This document shows positions 13,501 through 27,239 of a stretch of 64,000 nt of DNA, piece after piece; position 1 is the stretch's first letter, and every line of letters starts with the position of its first letter. Below the pieces are notes generated by a model that was given only the letters and a program-made list of their open reading frames with translations, was not told where the DNA came from and searched no databases. Source of the DNA: Eledone cirrhosa (lineage: Eukaryota); NCBI GenBank assembly GCA_964016885.1, contig OZ024742.1, forward strand, positions 221,526,001-221,590,000. The letters run 5' to 3'. Both the position numbers and the translations under genes were made by a program.

Positions 13501-14186
13501 GCTTATATTTAGCTTATATTTAGGTGAGATTTAGCTTATATTTAGCTTAGATTTGGGTGAGATTTAGCTTAGATTTAGCTTAGATTTAGGTGAGATTTAG
13601 ATTTGATTTAGCTTAAATTTAGGTGAGATTTAACTTATATTTAGCTTAGATTTAAGTGAGATTTAGCTTAGATTTAGATGAGATTTAGGTGAGATTTAGC
13701 TTAGATTTAGCTTAGATTTAGGTGAGATTTAGCTTAGATTTACCTTAGATTTAGGTGAGATTTAGCTTATATTTAGCATGGATTAAGATGAGATTTAGCT
13801 TATATTTAGCCTAGATTTGTGTGAGATTTAGCTTATATTTAGGTGAGATTTAAATGAGGTTTAGCTTATATTTAGCTTAGATTTAGGTGAGATCTAGCTT
13901 AGATTTAGGTGAGATTTAGCTTATATTTAGTTTAGATTATGGAGAGATTTAGCTTATATCTCGTTTAGATTTAGGTGAGATTTAGCTTATATATAGCTTT
14001 GATTTAGGCGAGATTTAGCTTATATTTAGCTTAGATTTAGGTTAGATTTAGCTTATATTTAGATTAGATTTAGGTGAGATTTAGCTTATATTTAGCTTAG
14101 ATTTATGTGAGATTTAGCTTAGATTTAGCTAAGATTTAGGTGAGATTTAGCTTTGATTTAGCTTAGATTTAGGTGAGATTTAGCTT
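4521..14186 (+). repeat. 11-bp satellite (GATTTAGCTTA / TATTTAGCTTA / GATTTAGGTGA) with 33-bp higher-order unit
   Basis: Continuous tandem array, commonly GATTTAGGTGA-GATTTAGCTTA-TATTTAGCTTA. Runs into the N gap. Confidence 0.97.
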
Positions 14187-14386
14187 NNNNNNNNNNNNNN
14201 NNNNNNNNNNNNNNNNNNNNNNNNNNNNNNNNNNNNNNNNNNNNNNNNNNNNNNNNNNNNNNNNNNNNNNNNNNNNNNNNNNNNNNNNNNNNNNNNNNNN
14301 NNNNNNNNNNNNNNNNNNNNNNNNNNNNNNNNNNNNNNNNNNNNNNNNNNNNNNNNNNNNNNNNNNNNNNNNNNNNNNNNNNNNNN
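14187..14386. other. Assembly gap (200 N)
   Basis: Run of N. Confidence 1.
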
Positions 14387-14687
14387 GTGTTCCGGAAGCA
14401 TATTACATAACTCTATCACGAGCTCTACCGATTAACGATAGAATGGAGGTAACCATTAGCTGTCAACATCGAAGGGCTAATTCCTTCGCCAATAGAATTT
14501 TTGACCCAACTTAGTCATGTAGCCCCATTTTTTACTTGTAGCTAATAAGTTAAATTGCCATGAACAACTAGATAATTATAAGTTACCTCCCCTACATTGT
14601 CTCTGAATTAAAAAATTTAAAATTAGCACTTAACTATAAACACTCACAATTTCTAATCTTTCGAGAAGTTACTTCCCTTGAAACCAC

Positions 14688-14770
14688 CCTCTAATTAGTA
14701 AGGTAAATATGCCCTTTGGCAGCCATCTTCCTCTAATTAGTAAGGTAAATATGCCCTTTGGCAGCCATCT
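14688..14770. repeat. Tandem duplication of about 41 bp
   Basis: cctctaattagtaaggtaaatatgccctttggcagccatctt occurs twice. Confidence 0.85.
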
Positions 14771-15120
14771 TGCAGCCTCGACAGATGAATACTGCTTGAT
14801 TATGGGTGACAACTGATGCAACCAAGACACCATAGTAAAAACCAATATATGGAACATTATATTAAGTAACATTATCCCATTATTTTAATTTATATTCCTT
14901 TGAAGTGTTAATTATTTTCAACTGAATCAGATCAATTATGATATATAGTCATCTGATCCAGAAATAATATATGGAGTAGCGAAACAATTGTAAACGGACA
15001 TTAGTATTATTAATATTATTATTATTCTCTACATTCCTTACATCAAAATAAAATATGTTGACAATCTTTTAATAATGTCTTCCTTGTGAAGTTTGTGGTC
15101 TTGTTTGGCTTAACTAATGA

Positions 15121-15179
<59 letters not shown>

Positions 15180-15309
15180 ATATATATATATAATATATAT
15201 ATATATATATAAAATATATATATAATATATTTATATATATAATATATATATATAAATATATATAATATATATATATATAATATATATATATAATATATAT
15301 ATATATTAA

Positions 15310-15550
15310 TTTATTAAAATAACAGAATAAAGTTTAAGCAAAGAATTGCTGCTTTCACCTTTAACGGGATCTTCTGAAACTAACAAAGTCGATCTGTAAA
15401 CGCAGAAGTGGATATTTCAAAACACGTTGCAGCCGGAGGAAGACAGGAAGACGATACTTTGGTTCGTGGAAACGTTCCCAGGCAAAGAACGGGAAAAAAC
15501 GAATAATACGTCATTAATAGGAGCGGTGAAAAACAATTACGCGCAAAGAC
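15310..15550 (+). repeat. Unclassified dispersed repeat between (TA)n tracts; second copy inverted at about 48400-48755
   Basis: ttaagcaaagaat.gctgctttcacc...gcagaagtggatattt...ccggaggaagacaggaagacgata...aataatacgtc matches the reverse complement near 48540-48755. Confidence 0.8.
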
Positions 15551-15686
15551 AAATTTATTATTATTACTATTATTATTACTATATAATATATATATATATT
15601 ATATACATATAATATATATATATAAATATATATAATATATATATATATATATAATTTATATAATATATATATATAATATATATATA

Positions 15687-15727
<41 letters not shown>

Positions 15728-15754
15728 TAATATATATATATATAATATAAATAT

Positions 15755-18700
15755 CGGACCCCCCCAAATAAAAACGCCCCCCCCCCCCGGAAAAAAATGG
15801 ACCCCACCACCACCCAAATAAAAATGGAGCACTCCACTCAAATAAATACGGACTCCAAATAAAAAACGCACCACCCCCCCCAATAAAAAACGGACCCCGC
15901 TCAATAAAAAAACGCCCTCCCCTCCATAAAAAACGAATCCGCCCCAAGTAAAAAACTGACCCCACCCCCCCAAAAAACAGACACCCCAATAAAAAAGGGA
16001 CACTCACCCCCACATTAAAAACGGGCCCCCATAAAAAACGGTTCCCCAAACAAAAAACGGACCGCTCCCAATAAAAAATGGAACCCCACCCCACCCCACA
16101 TAAAAAACGGATCCCCGCTAAAGCGGACCCCCAATAAAAAATGGATCCCTCCCAAATAAAAACAGACCCACCTCAATAAAAAACGTACCCCCCCCCAAAT
16201 AAAAAACGGACCGCCCCTCAAAGAAAAAATGCACCCCACCACCACCCAAATTAAAAAAAGGACCTCACTTCTCCACTCAAATAAAAAATGCACCTCCCCC
16301 AATAAAAAAAAGTGCCCCCCCCCCCCCCAATAAAAAACGGTCTCCAAATAAAAAAGCCCCCCCTTAAAAAAGGACCCCCAGCCTCTCCCCCAAATAAAAA
16401 ACGGACCTACCCCCCCAAAACGGCACCCCCCTATAAAAATGGACCCCACCCCTCCCCCCAATAAAAAACGGACTCAAAATAAGACTCGGACGCCCACCCT
16501 AGCCCATATAAAAAGGGTCTCCAAATAAAAAAGGGTCTCCAAATAAAAAAACAGGCCCCCCAAAAATTAAAAACAGACCCCCAAATAGGAAACGGATCCC
16601 CCAGAAATAAAAAACAGCCCCCCCCCCCAATATAAAACGGACCCTCCTCCCAAATAAAAAACGGACACCCAATTAAAAAACGGACCCCTTCCCAAATAAA
16701 AAGAATGGACCCCCCCACGCCCATCCCCAAATAAAAAACGGTCCCACCTCCATAAAAAACGCACATCCCCAATAAAAAACGGATCCCCCAAATAAAAAAA
16801 CAGACCCCCCCCCAATAAAAAAAGGACTCCCCAAATAAAAAACGGACCCCTAAATAAAAAATGGACCCCCACCCCCACCCCAAATATAAAACGAAACCCC
16901 CATAAAAAACGGACCGCCAATAAAAAACGGACCCCCTCCCCCCCAAAAAAAGTACCCCTCAAATAAAAATACTCCACCCCTCCCCCAAATGAAAAACGGA
17001 CCCCCATTCAGTAAAAAAAGCGCGCTTCCCCCATAAAAACGAAACCACCCCAAATAAAAAATAGACCCCAATACGAAACGGAACCCCCTCCCAAATAAAA
17101 AACGGACCCACCACCCCCATATCCTAATAAAGAACGGACCCCACTAAAATAACGGACCCCCCCCCCAAATGAAAAAGGACCCCACCAATAAAAAAAACGG
17201 ATCCCCACCCAATAAAAAAGGACTACAAGTAAAAATCGTACCCCCAAATAAAAAACTGAGCCCCAAATAAAAAAACCGATCCCACCCAAATTAAAAGCAG
17301 ACCCCCCCCCAATAAAAAACGGACCCCCACCCCTCCCAAATAAAAAACGGATCCCCTCCAAATAAAAAAGGATACTCCCAAATAAAAAAGGAACCCCCCA
17401 AATAAAAAACAGATCCCCCAAATAAAATAACAGACCCCCCAATAAAAAACGGACCCCCCCAAAAAAACAGAATCCTCCCTCCCAACAAAAAATGGACCCC
17501 CACCCGCACAATAAAAACGAGGCCCCATAAAAATCGGACCCCCCAAATAAAAAACGGACCTCCTCCAATAAAAAATAAGCCCCCACCCCACCCACACATA
17601 AAAAAACCGGATCCCAGCTAAAAATGGAAACCCTCAATAAAAAACGCCCTCCCCCCATAAAAAACGGATCCGTCCCAAGTAAAAAACGGACCCCGCCCAA
17701 AAAAACAGACCCCCACAATAAAAAATGGACCCCCACCCCCACAATAAAAACGGGCCCCCATAAAAAACGGGTCCCCCAAATAAAAAACGGACCTCCCAAA
17801 TAAACAATGGACCCCCACCCAAACCCCACATAAAAAAACGGATGCCCGCTAAAACGGACCCCCAATAAAAAACGGATCCCTCCCAAATAAAAAACAGACC
17901 CACCCCAATAAAAAACGTACCTCCTCCAAATAAAAAACGGACCCCCCTCAAATAAAAAATGGACCCCACCACCACCGACATAAAAAAGGACCCCACTTCT
18001 CCACTCAAATAAAAACGGACTCCAAATAAAAAACGCACCCCCCCCCATAAAAAAGTGCCCCCCCCCCCCCCCCCCCCAAATAAAAAACGGACGCTCCCAA
18101 ATAAAATAGCTCGCCCCCTTAAAAAAACGGACCCCCACTCCTCCCCCAAATAAAAAACGGACCTACCCCTAATAAAAAACGGACCCCCCTCCAAATAAAA
18201 AAGTACCCCCATCCCAATAAAAAAACTCCACCCCTCCCCCAAATAAAAAACGGACTAAAAAACAGATCCCCCCAAATGAAAAAGGACCCCCCCTCCCAAT
18301 AAAAAACGGATCCGCCACCCAATAAAAAAGTCTACAAATAAAAACGTACCCCCAAATAAAAAACGGAGCCCCAAATAAAAAAACGGATCCCCCCAAATTA
18401 AAAGCAGAACCCCCAATAAAAAACGGAACCGCCTCCCAAATAAAAAACGTATCCCCCCCAAATAAAAACGGACCACCCCAAATAAAAAAGGATCCCCCAA
18501 ATAAAAAACGGATCCCCCAAGTAAAACAACAGACCCTCCTAATAAAAAAACAGATCTCCCCCCAAAAAAAAACAGACACCCCAACAAAAAATGAACCCCC
18601 ACCCCCACAATAAAAACGGGTCCCCATAAAAAACGGACCCCCTCAAATAAAAAACGGACCTCCGCCAATAAAAAAAATGCCCCCCACCCCCACATAAAAA

Positions 18701-21124
18701 AACCGGATCCCCGCTAAAAACGGACCCCCAATAAAAAACGGATCCCTCCCAAATAAAAAACAGACCCACCCCATAAACAACGTACCCCCCAAATAAAAAT
18801 CGGACCCCCCCCCCAAATAAAAAATGGACCCACCCACACCCAAATAAAAAACGTACCCCCACCCCTCCACCCAAATAAAAACAGACTCCAAATAAAAAAC
18901 GGAATCCCCCAATAAAAAAGGTTCCGCACCCCTCCCCCAAATAAAACACCGCCACCCTATATAATAAACGGATCCCCCTCCCCTCCCACCGAATAAAAAA
19001 CGGTCTCCAAATAAAGAACGGACCAACCCCCGAAAAAACACGCCCCCCCCCTAAAAACGCCCCCATACCTCCCAAATAAAAAACGGACTCCAAATAAAAA
19101 ACGGATCCCTCTCAAATAAAAAAGACGTCCCCAAATAAAAAAACGGATCCACCCCCCCAATAAAAAACGAACCTCCCGCGAATAAAAAACGGACGTCCAC
19201 CAAATGAAAAACGGACCCCCCTATTAAAAAACGGACTCCAAATAAAAAACGTGCCCACACCCATAAAAAACGGACCCCACCCCTCCCCCAAATAAAAAAC
19301 GGTCTCCAAATAAAAAACGAACCCCCTAAATACAAAAACGAAGTCCAAATAAAAAACGGACACCCCCAATAAAAAACAGGCCCCCTCAAATAAAAAACGG
19401 TCTCCACCCCCAATAAAAAAAACGGTTACCTCCCCACCCCTCGCCCAAATAAAAATCGCTCCCCCAATAAAAAACGGTTATCCCCCGCCCCTTCCCCCAA
19501 ATAAAAAACGGTCTCCAAATAAAAACGGACACGACAAATAAAAAAACAGACCACCCCAATAAAAAACGGAACCCCCGAAATAAGAAATGGACCCCAACAT
19601 CCCGACCTCTCCCCTCCAAATAAAAAACGGACGCCCCATAAAAAATGGACCGCCACAATAAAAAAACGGAATGCCCCGAATAAAAAACGGTCTCCAAATA
19701 AAAAACAGAACCAAATAAAAAACGGACACCAAATAAAGAACGGACCCCCAATAAAAAACGGACACCCCATAAAAAAAAAACCTCCACCCCTCCCCCCAAA
19801 TAAAAAACGGTCGCCAAATAAAAAACGGACTCCAAATAAAAAACGCCCACCGCCCTTAAAAGATGGACACACACCCCTATCCCCCAATAAAAAACGGATC
19901 TCCCCAAATAAAAAAGGACCGCCCAAATAAAAAATGGATCCCCCCAAAGTAAAAGAACAGACCTCCTAAAAAAAACGCCCCCCTTCCCCTAAAAAAACGG
20001 ACCCCCCAATTAAAAAACAGACAACTCCCCAAATAAAAAGAATGGACCCCCACGCCCATCCCCAAATAAAAAAGAGACCCCAATAAAAAACGGACCCACC
20101 CCCATAAAAAACGGACCTCCCCAATAAAAAACGGATCCTCCCAAATAAAAACAGACCCCCCAATAACCCCCCCCCCCCCCCCCCAAATAAAAAACGGAGC
20201 CCCAAATAAAAAAAATGGACCCCACCCCCACCCCAAATAAAAAACGGACATCCCTATATTAAAAAAAAGCGCGCTTCCCCTATAAAAACGGATCCACCCC
20301 AAATAAAAAGATAGACCCCCGAATAAGAAAGGGAACCCCCTCCCAAATAAAAAATGGACCCTTCAAATAAAAAACGGACCACCCCAAATGAAAAATGGAC
20401 ACCCCACACCCACATCCAAATAAAAATCGGACCCCACTAAAATAACGGAGCCCACTAGAAAGACAGATTCCCCCCTAAATGAAAAAGGAACCCCCCCCCC
20501 AATAAAAAACGGAACCGCCTCCCAAATAAAAAACGTATCCCCCCAAATAAAAACGGACCCCCCAAATAAAAAAGGACTCCCCCAAATAAAAAACGGATCC
20601 CCCAAATAAAAAAACAGACCCCCCAATAAAAAAACGGATCCCCCCCCCAAAAAACAGACCCCCCAACAAAAAATGGACCCCACCCCCACAATAAAAACGG
20701 GCCCCCATAAAAAACGGATTCCAAATCCCCACCCATAAAAAAACGGACCTCCCCCGAATAAAAAATGGACCCCCAATAAAAAACGGATATCCCCCAAATA
20801 AAAAAGGTACACCCTCCAATAAAAAAACGGACCCCCCCCCCAATAAAAAAAATCCCTCAATAAAAAACGCGCCCCCCCCAAAAAAAAACTAATAAAAAAT
20901 GGATCCCCAACCCCACAATAAAAACGCGTCCACATAAATAACGGACTCGAAATAGCCCCCCACCCAATTAAAAATGACCCCCACACACACCACACACCAC
21001 CCCACATAAAAAACGGATTCCCCCTAAAAAACGGATTCCCACCCCCACAATAAAAATGGGCCACCACAAAAAACGAACCCCCCAAATAAAAAAAGAACCC
21101 CACCCCCACCCAAATAAAAAACGG

Positions 21125-21162
<38 letters not shown>

Positions 21163-24100
21163 AAATAAAGGTCCTCCTATTCCCCCCATAAAAAAAAAGA
21201 ATCCCCCAAATAAAAAACAGAACCTCCAATAAAAAACGGACCACACCCAAATAAAAAAAGGACACCCCCATCCACACCACCTACCCCCATAAAAACGGAC
21301 TACCCCCCCCAAAAAAAACGGATTCCTCCAATAAAAAATGGACCCACCCCAATAAAAAAGGATCCCCCCAAATAAAAAACGACTCCCCCCAAATACAAAA
21401 CGGACACCCCCCTTAAATAAAATAAACGGTCTCCTGATACAAAACGCCCCCACCCACCCACCCACCCCAAAAACGGACTCCAAATAAAAAACGGACCGCC
21501 AATAAAAAACGGATCACCCAATAAAAACCGGAATCCCAATAAAAAACGGATCCCCCAAAATAAAGAACGCCCTCCCCCCCAATATAAATGGACACCCACC
21601 CCAACACAATTAAAAACAGATTTCCCCTCCCTCTTTCCTCCCTCACCACCCCCAAATAAAAAACAGAACCCCCAATAAAAAACGGATAAAAAAAAACAGA
21701 CCCCACCCAATAAAAAACAGACCCCCCGAAATAAAAAAAGACCCCCACATCCCGACCCCACCCCCACAAATAAAAAATGGATTCCCCCAATAAAAAATGG
21801 ACCCCGCCCCCAATAAAAAACGGACCCTTTCCCAAAGAAAAAACGTACCCCCATATAAAAAACGGACCCCCCCAAAAAATAGACCCCCTTATAAAAAATG
21901 GACCCTCACCCCCACACTAAAAACGTACCCCCCAATAAAAAACGGATTCCAAATAAAAAGAACTCCCTCACCCAAATAAAAAGCAGACCCCCGAATAAAA
22001 AATGGACCCTCATAGCCCACCCCCAAATAAAAAAACAGACCCGCAATAAAAAACGGACCCCCCCCCCCCAACAAAAAATGGACCCCATCCTCCAAAATAA
22101 AAACGGGCCCCCATAGAAAACGGACCCCCAAATAAAAAACGGACCTCCCCCAATAAAAAATAAACCCCACCTCACAAAAAAACCGGATCCCCGCTAAAAA
22201 TGGACCCCCAATAAAAAAAAACGGATCCCTCCCAAATAAAAACAGACCCACTCCAATAAAAAACATACCCCCCAAATAAAAATCGGAGCCCCCTCCCCAA
22301 TAAAAAATGTACCCCACCCCCACCCAAATAAAAAACGATCTCCAACTAAAAATGCCACCCACCCCTCCCCCAAATATAAAACGGACCCTTCGAATAAAAA
22401 TGGACCACCCCAAATATCTCCAAATTAAAAACTGACCCCACTAAAAAAACGGACCGCCGGATAAAAAACGGACCCCAATAAAAAACGGACGCCCCCATAA
22501 AAAACGGATCACCAATAAAAAACGGATCCCCTCAAATAAAAAATGCCCCCCCCAAATAAAAAACGGATCGACACCCAATAAAAAATGAGCCCCCCACCCC
22601 CCACCCCGATAAAAAAAACGGACCCCCCTATTAAAAACCGGACTCCAAATAAAAATACGGGCCCACACCCAAAAAAACGGACCCCACCCCTCCCCCAAAT
22701 AAAAAACGGGCACCCCCAATAAAAAACAGGCCCCCTCAAATAAAAAACGGTCTCCACCCCCAATAAAAAAAACGGTTACCTCCCCACCCCTCGCCCAAAT
22801 AAAAACGGTCTCCAAATAAAAAACGCCTCCCACCCAATAAAAAACGGACTCACCATCCTTCCCTCCCCAAAAAAAAACGGTCTCAAAATAAAACACGGAC
22901 CCCCCACCTCCACAATAAAAACGGATGCCCCAAATAAAAAACGGATGCCCCATAAAAAACGGTCTCCAAATAAAAAACAGAGCCGCCCAAATAAAAAACG
23001 GACTCCAAATAAAGAACGGACCCCCAATAAAAAACGGATCCCCCCATAAAAAAGGACCTCCACCCCTCTCCCCCAAATAAAAAACGGTCTCCAAATAAAA
23101 AACAGACACGCCCAAATAAAAAACGGTCCAAAAAAAAAGTCCCTCCCCCAATAAAAAACGGACCCCCCTCAATAAATAAGGCCCATAAAATACGGATCCG
23201 CAAAAAGTAAAAATTAGACCACCCTAATAAAAAACGGAACCCTCTCCCAAATAAAAAACGGACCCCCAAATAAAAAATGTACACTTCAAATAAAAAACGG
23301 ACGATCCCCAATAAAAAATACACCCCCTACCCCTATCTCCAAATAAAAAACGGACCCCACTGAAAAAAGCACCCTCCCCCCATAAAAAACAGACCCCCCC
23401 CAATAAAAAACGGCTACTCCCAAATAAAAAACGGTCTTCAAATAAACAAGCCCCCCCCCTTAAAAAACGGACCCCCACCCCTCCCCCAAATAAAAAACGG
23501 TCTCCAAATAAAAAACAGACCTACCCCCAATAAAAAACGCCATCTCCCCCCCATAAAAACGTACCCCAACCCTCCCCCAAATAAAAAACGGACTCAAAAT
23601 AAGAGTCGGACCCCCACCCCTCCCCCATATAAAAAGGGTCTCCAAATAAAAAACGGGCCCCCAAATAGAAAACGAATCCCCCACAAATAAAAAGCAGACC
23701 CCCTAATAAAAAAACGGACCTTCCTCCCAAATAAAAAACGGACCCCCTACATTAAAAAACGGACCCCTCCCCAAATAAAAAGAATGGACCCCCCACACCC
23801 ATCCCCAAATAAAAAAGATACCCCAATAAAAAACGGACCCACCCCCATAAAAATCGGACCTCCCCAATAAAAAACGGATTCCCCAAATAAAAAACAGACC
23901 CCCCAACATAAAAGGACCCCTCAAATAAAAAAAGGACCCCTAAATAAAAAATGGACCCCACCCCCACCCCAAATAAAAAACGGACCCCCTCAATAAAAAA
24001 AAAGCGCGCTCCCCCCGTAAAAACGGGACCACCCCAAATAAAAAATAGACCCCCCCAATAAGAAACGGAACCCCCTCCCAAATAAAAAACGGACCCCCAA

Positions 24101-25017
24101 ATAAAAACCGGACCCTTCAAGTAAAAAACGGACCACTCCAAATAAAAAATGGACCCCCCATCTCCAAATAAAAAACGGACCCCACTAAAATAACGGAGCC
24201 CACTAAAAAAAACAGATCTCCCCCAAATAAAAACGGATCCCCCTCAAATAAAAAAGGACCCCCAAAATAAAAAAAAACTCCACCCTTCCCCCATAAAAAA
24301 CGGATCCGCCCCAAGTAAAAGATAGACCCCCCCCCCAATAAAAAACGGAACCCCCTCCCAAATAAAAAACGGACCCCACCCCCACCACAATTAAAAACAG
24401 ATCTTCCCTCCCTCTTTCCTTCTCCCTCTCAATAAAAAACAAACCCCCCAATAAAAAACGGACCCCACCCCCACCCCCACCCGAAATAAAAAAGGACCCC
24501 CCGCCGCCAAAATAAAAAACGGACCCCCCATAAAAAACGGACCGCCCCAATAAAAAAACCGAATCCCCCCAAATAAAAAACGGATTCCCCCATTAAAAAA
24601 TGGACCCCCCCAATAAAAAAACGCCCCCCCAAATAAAAAACAGATCCCCCAAAATAAAAATGGACCCCCCACCCCAATAAAAAAACGGACTCCAAATAAT
24701 AAACGGATCCCCCCAAATAAAAAACGGAACCCACCCCAATGAAAAACGGATCCTCCCAAATAAAAAACGGACCTCTCCCCAAATTAATAAAATGGACCCC
24801 AAATAAAAACTGGACACTTCCAATAAAAAACAGACCCCCCAATAAAAAACGGACCCCTCCCAAATAAAAAATGGACCCCCACCCCTACCCCTACCCCGCA
24901 AATAAAAAACGGATTCCAAATAAAAAAACTCCCCCCCAATAAAAAACGGACCCACCCAATAAAAAACGAACCCACCCAATAAAAAACGGACCCCCCCCCA
25001 ATAAAAATGGAACTCCC
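15755..25017 (+). repeat. Degenerate ~20-bp C/A-rich satellite (CCCC(A)AATAAAAAACGGA), array 1
   Basis: About 9.3 kb of variable poly-C / AATAAAAAA / CGGAC units with extreme strand asymmetry. Confidence 0.95.
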
Positions 25018-25248
25018 AGCGGCATCAGGGCCACCATCTTGCAACTTTGGTCTACTAAATTCGTTATTGGAAGATTATTAACCCATCATTGATTTCCAAA
25101 ATGCTAATTGGTTCATAACTTTTAATAACCGGTTTAACTGCTTTCTGTACTTAATTGATAAGCTTATTCGCTTTCAAGCCACGTTTACCTGTATGTAACT
25201 TTTCATAGCAAATGAACAAACCCGAGCAACGCCGGGCTAAACTGCTAG
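25018..25248 (+). mobile_element. Helitron 3' terminus
   Basis: GC-rich hairpin cccgagcaacgccggg (25221-25236), then CTAG at 25245-25248, then T: canonical Helitron end. Confidence 0.8.
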
Positions 25249-25351
25249 TATATATATATATATAACATATGTCTTTCCAAGCTTATTTTTTATACACGTG
25301 TTTTATACACGTGTACACACAGACACACAGACACACACACACACACTCACT

Positions 25352-25387
<36 letters not shown>

Positions 25388-25524
25388 TGCAGTCTCGGTT
25401 ACCTGCTCTGTATGTATACAGATTCAACTTTATCGTACACTTCGCCTGTTAGCGCACGTCTCATATATATCTTAATTATACGTGCGCTAATTATATGCAA
25501 ATTAGTACGTCCAATTCATAATAA

Positions 25525-25710
25525 TAATTGTTTTTACTTTTGGCACAAGGCCAGCAATTACCCCAGTACATTACTGGTACTTTATTTTATCGACCCCGTA
25601 AGGATGAAAGGCAAACCTAACCTCGGCGGTATTTGCACCCAGAACGTAAAGGGCCATTACACTATGCTGCAAAGCATGGTGTCTGACGCTCTACCGATAC
25701 TACAAATCCA
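25525..25710 (-). mobile_element. tRNA-derived SINE (Deu/Nin-domain-like core)
   Basis: Reverse complement of gcctttcatccttacggggtcgataaaataaagtaccagt core. Confidence 0.8.
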
Positions 25711-25780
25711 ATTCATAATAATAATAAAGGGTATATATACCATTCAAATACAGGTTTCCTTGTGTTTGATTGGATGATAT

Positions 25781-25831
25781 ACACGCCTTCTGATGAGGGC
25801 CCAATTAGGTCTGAAAATCGATTAAAAGTGT
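25781..25831 (+). ncRNA. Minimal hammerhead ribozyme motif in a PLE-type terminal repeat
   Basis: acgcctt-CTGATGA-gggcccaattaggtct-GAAA-atcgat-TA-aaagtgt: core boxes, wobble stem II, palindromic stem III, stem I with one mismatch. Direct repeats at about 25383-25445 and 25880-25942 lie around it. Confidence 0.7.
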
Positions 25832-25976
25832 TTATCATTTTTTTTCAATTTACAGGGAAATTCGTATATTTATATACACATTGGTGCTGTCTCGGTTACC
25901 CACTCTGTATGTATACAGATATAACCATATCGTATATTTCCGTTGGTAGCGCACTGCTTTATATATATACACACAC

Positions 25977-26048
<72 letters not shown>

Positions 26049-26099
26049 CTGCCATGTCCTGCATCTCCAACAGACCAGTGTTTGTCCTTAGGACATGGC

Positions 26100-26167
26100 A
26101 GCGATAATGAGGGACAGAGACCGCTGGAGAGAACTCGTCCATGGATCTCGGGAATTTTACCCGCCTT

Positions 26168-26206
<39 letters not shown>

Positions 26207-26430
26207 CATACATTTAAAGATGTCATTATGTTTGAAGTACAGAGAGTTTGACCATTGTATCGTACTAGTAATTACTTATGAGGCAGAGACATGGTCGATG
26301 ACTAAAAACCTGAAACAGAAGTTTAGAAGAAAACAAAGAAATAACGAATGTTAGAATTCACTAAAAGGGACAGAGAAACTTGTCAATGGATAAGAGGGCA
26401 AATAAAAGTACAAGACATCATCAAAATGAT
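26100..26430 (+). mobile_element. RTE-like LINE C-terminal fragments
   Basis: RDRWRELV near 26115; CIVLVITYEAETWSMTK...QR...WIRGQIKVQDII at 26215-26430. Confidence 0.6.
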
Positions 26431-26654
26431 TAACCCTTTAGATAACATAGTTATGATTTTCAAATAATTTTTGAAAATAATAAAGAATTTGGAGGGCTTT
26501 AATGATGTATCTATGTATGTATCTTTGGACACATAACTCCTAATTTAGATATAGGGGCGCCGTAATGAGATACAGCGTGTTTTGGCCATTTTAAGCCTTT
26601 CTTCCAGAGAAAGAGTAATAGAGAAGAGGTGAAAAAGAGATATAGAGAAAGAAT

Positions 26655-26810
26655 CAACCCCAGTACTAGACTAGAACTTGTTTTATTGACCTCGAAAAGA
26701 TGAAAGGCCAAGTTTATCTCGGGGGGATTTGAACTCCGTGGGATTTGGAAATCGGAACGAATACTGTAAAGAATTCTATCCAACGTTGTAACGATTTTGC
26801 CAATTTTCCT
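26655..26810 (-). mobile_element. Diverged SINE copy
   Basis: ttttattgacctcgaaaagatgaaaggc...gggatttgaactc matches the SINE core and B box on the minus strand. Confidence 0.65.
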
Positions 26811-27239
26811 TCTGGTGATATAAGCTGGTGTTTGGAACGTAATTTAACAGAGTTTCCTACATAGAATTATGATGGAAGATTTTTAGATAAACATAGATTC
26901 TTTAAAACAAACACCTTTGCAGACGTGTCAACTCTCCCCGTCCGACGGGGAGATCTTCCACCCACTTTGGGGAGGGTGAGAGATGTTTTCTTTTGTGAAA
27001 ATGGGTATAACTTTCATTATGTAAAATCTCATTTTGCATCATTTCTCCCCGTTTTGGCGCACTTTTTTTCATGGTACTCCCCGTTTGGGTTTTTAGAGGT
27101 TGGCAGGTCTTCCTTTGTATTATCAAACAATAAGCAGTTTCGTATTAAAAAGGTTAAGAAAAAATTGGAAGTCGTGTGTTTTAACCACGCGACCATTTTA
27201 CCAGTCAATCAATATAATTGTTCAGATGATTGATCACGA

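Noticed and set aside
4521-14186. CRISPR array or true telomere
   Set aside because: No unique spacers and a eukaryotic context; the unit is not a homogeneous TTAGGG/TTAGG repeat and sequence continues after the gap.
14745-14795. Possible hammerhead on minus strand (CTGTCGA-ggctgc...gctgcc-AAAG)
   Set aside because: Both core boxes are altered and stem I is unclear.
15656-25044. Dozens of Gly/Phe-rich ORFs on the minus strand (and on + at 51637-54026)
   Set aside because: They are stop-poor translations of the satellite, open in all frames with constant frameshifting indels.
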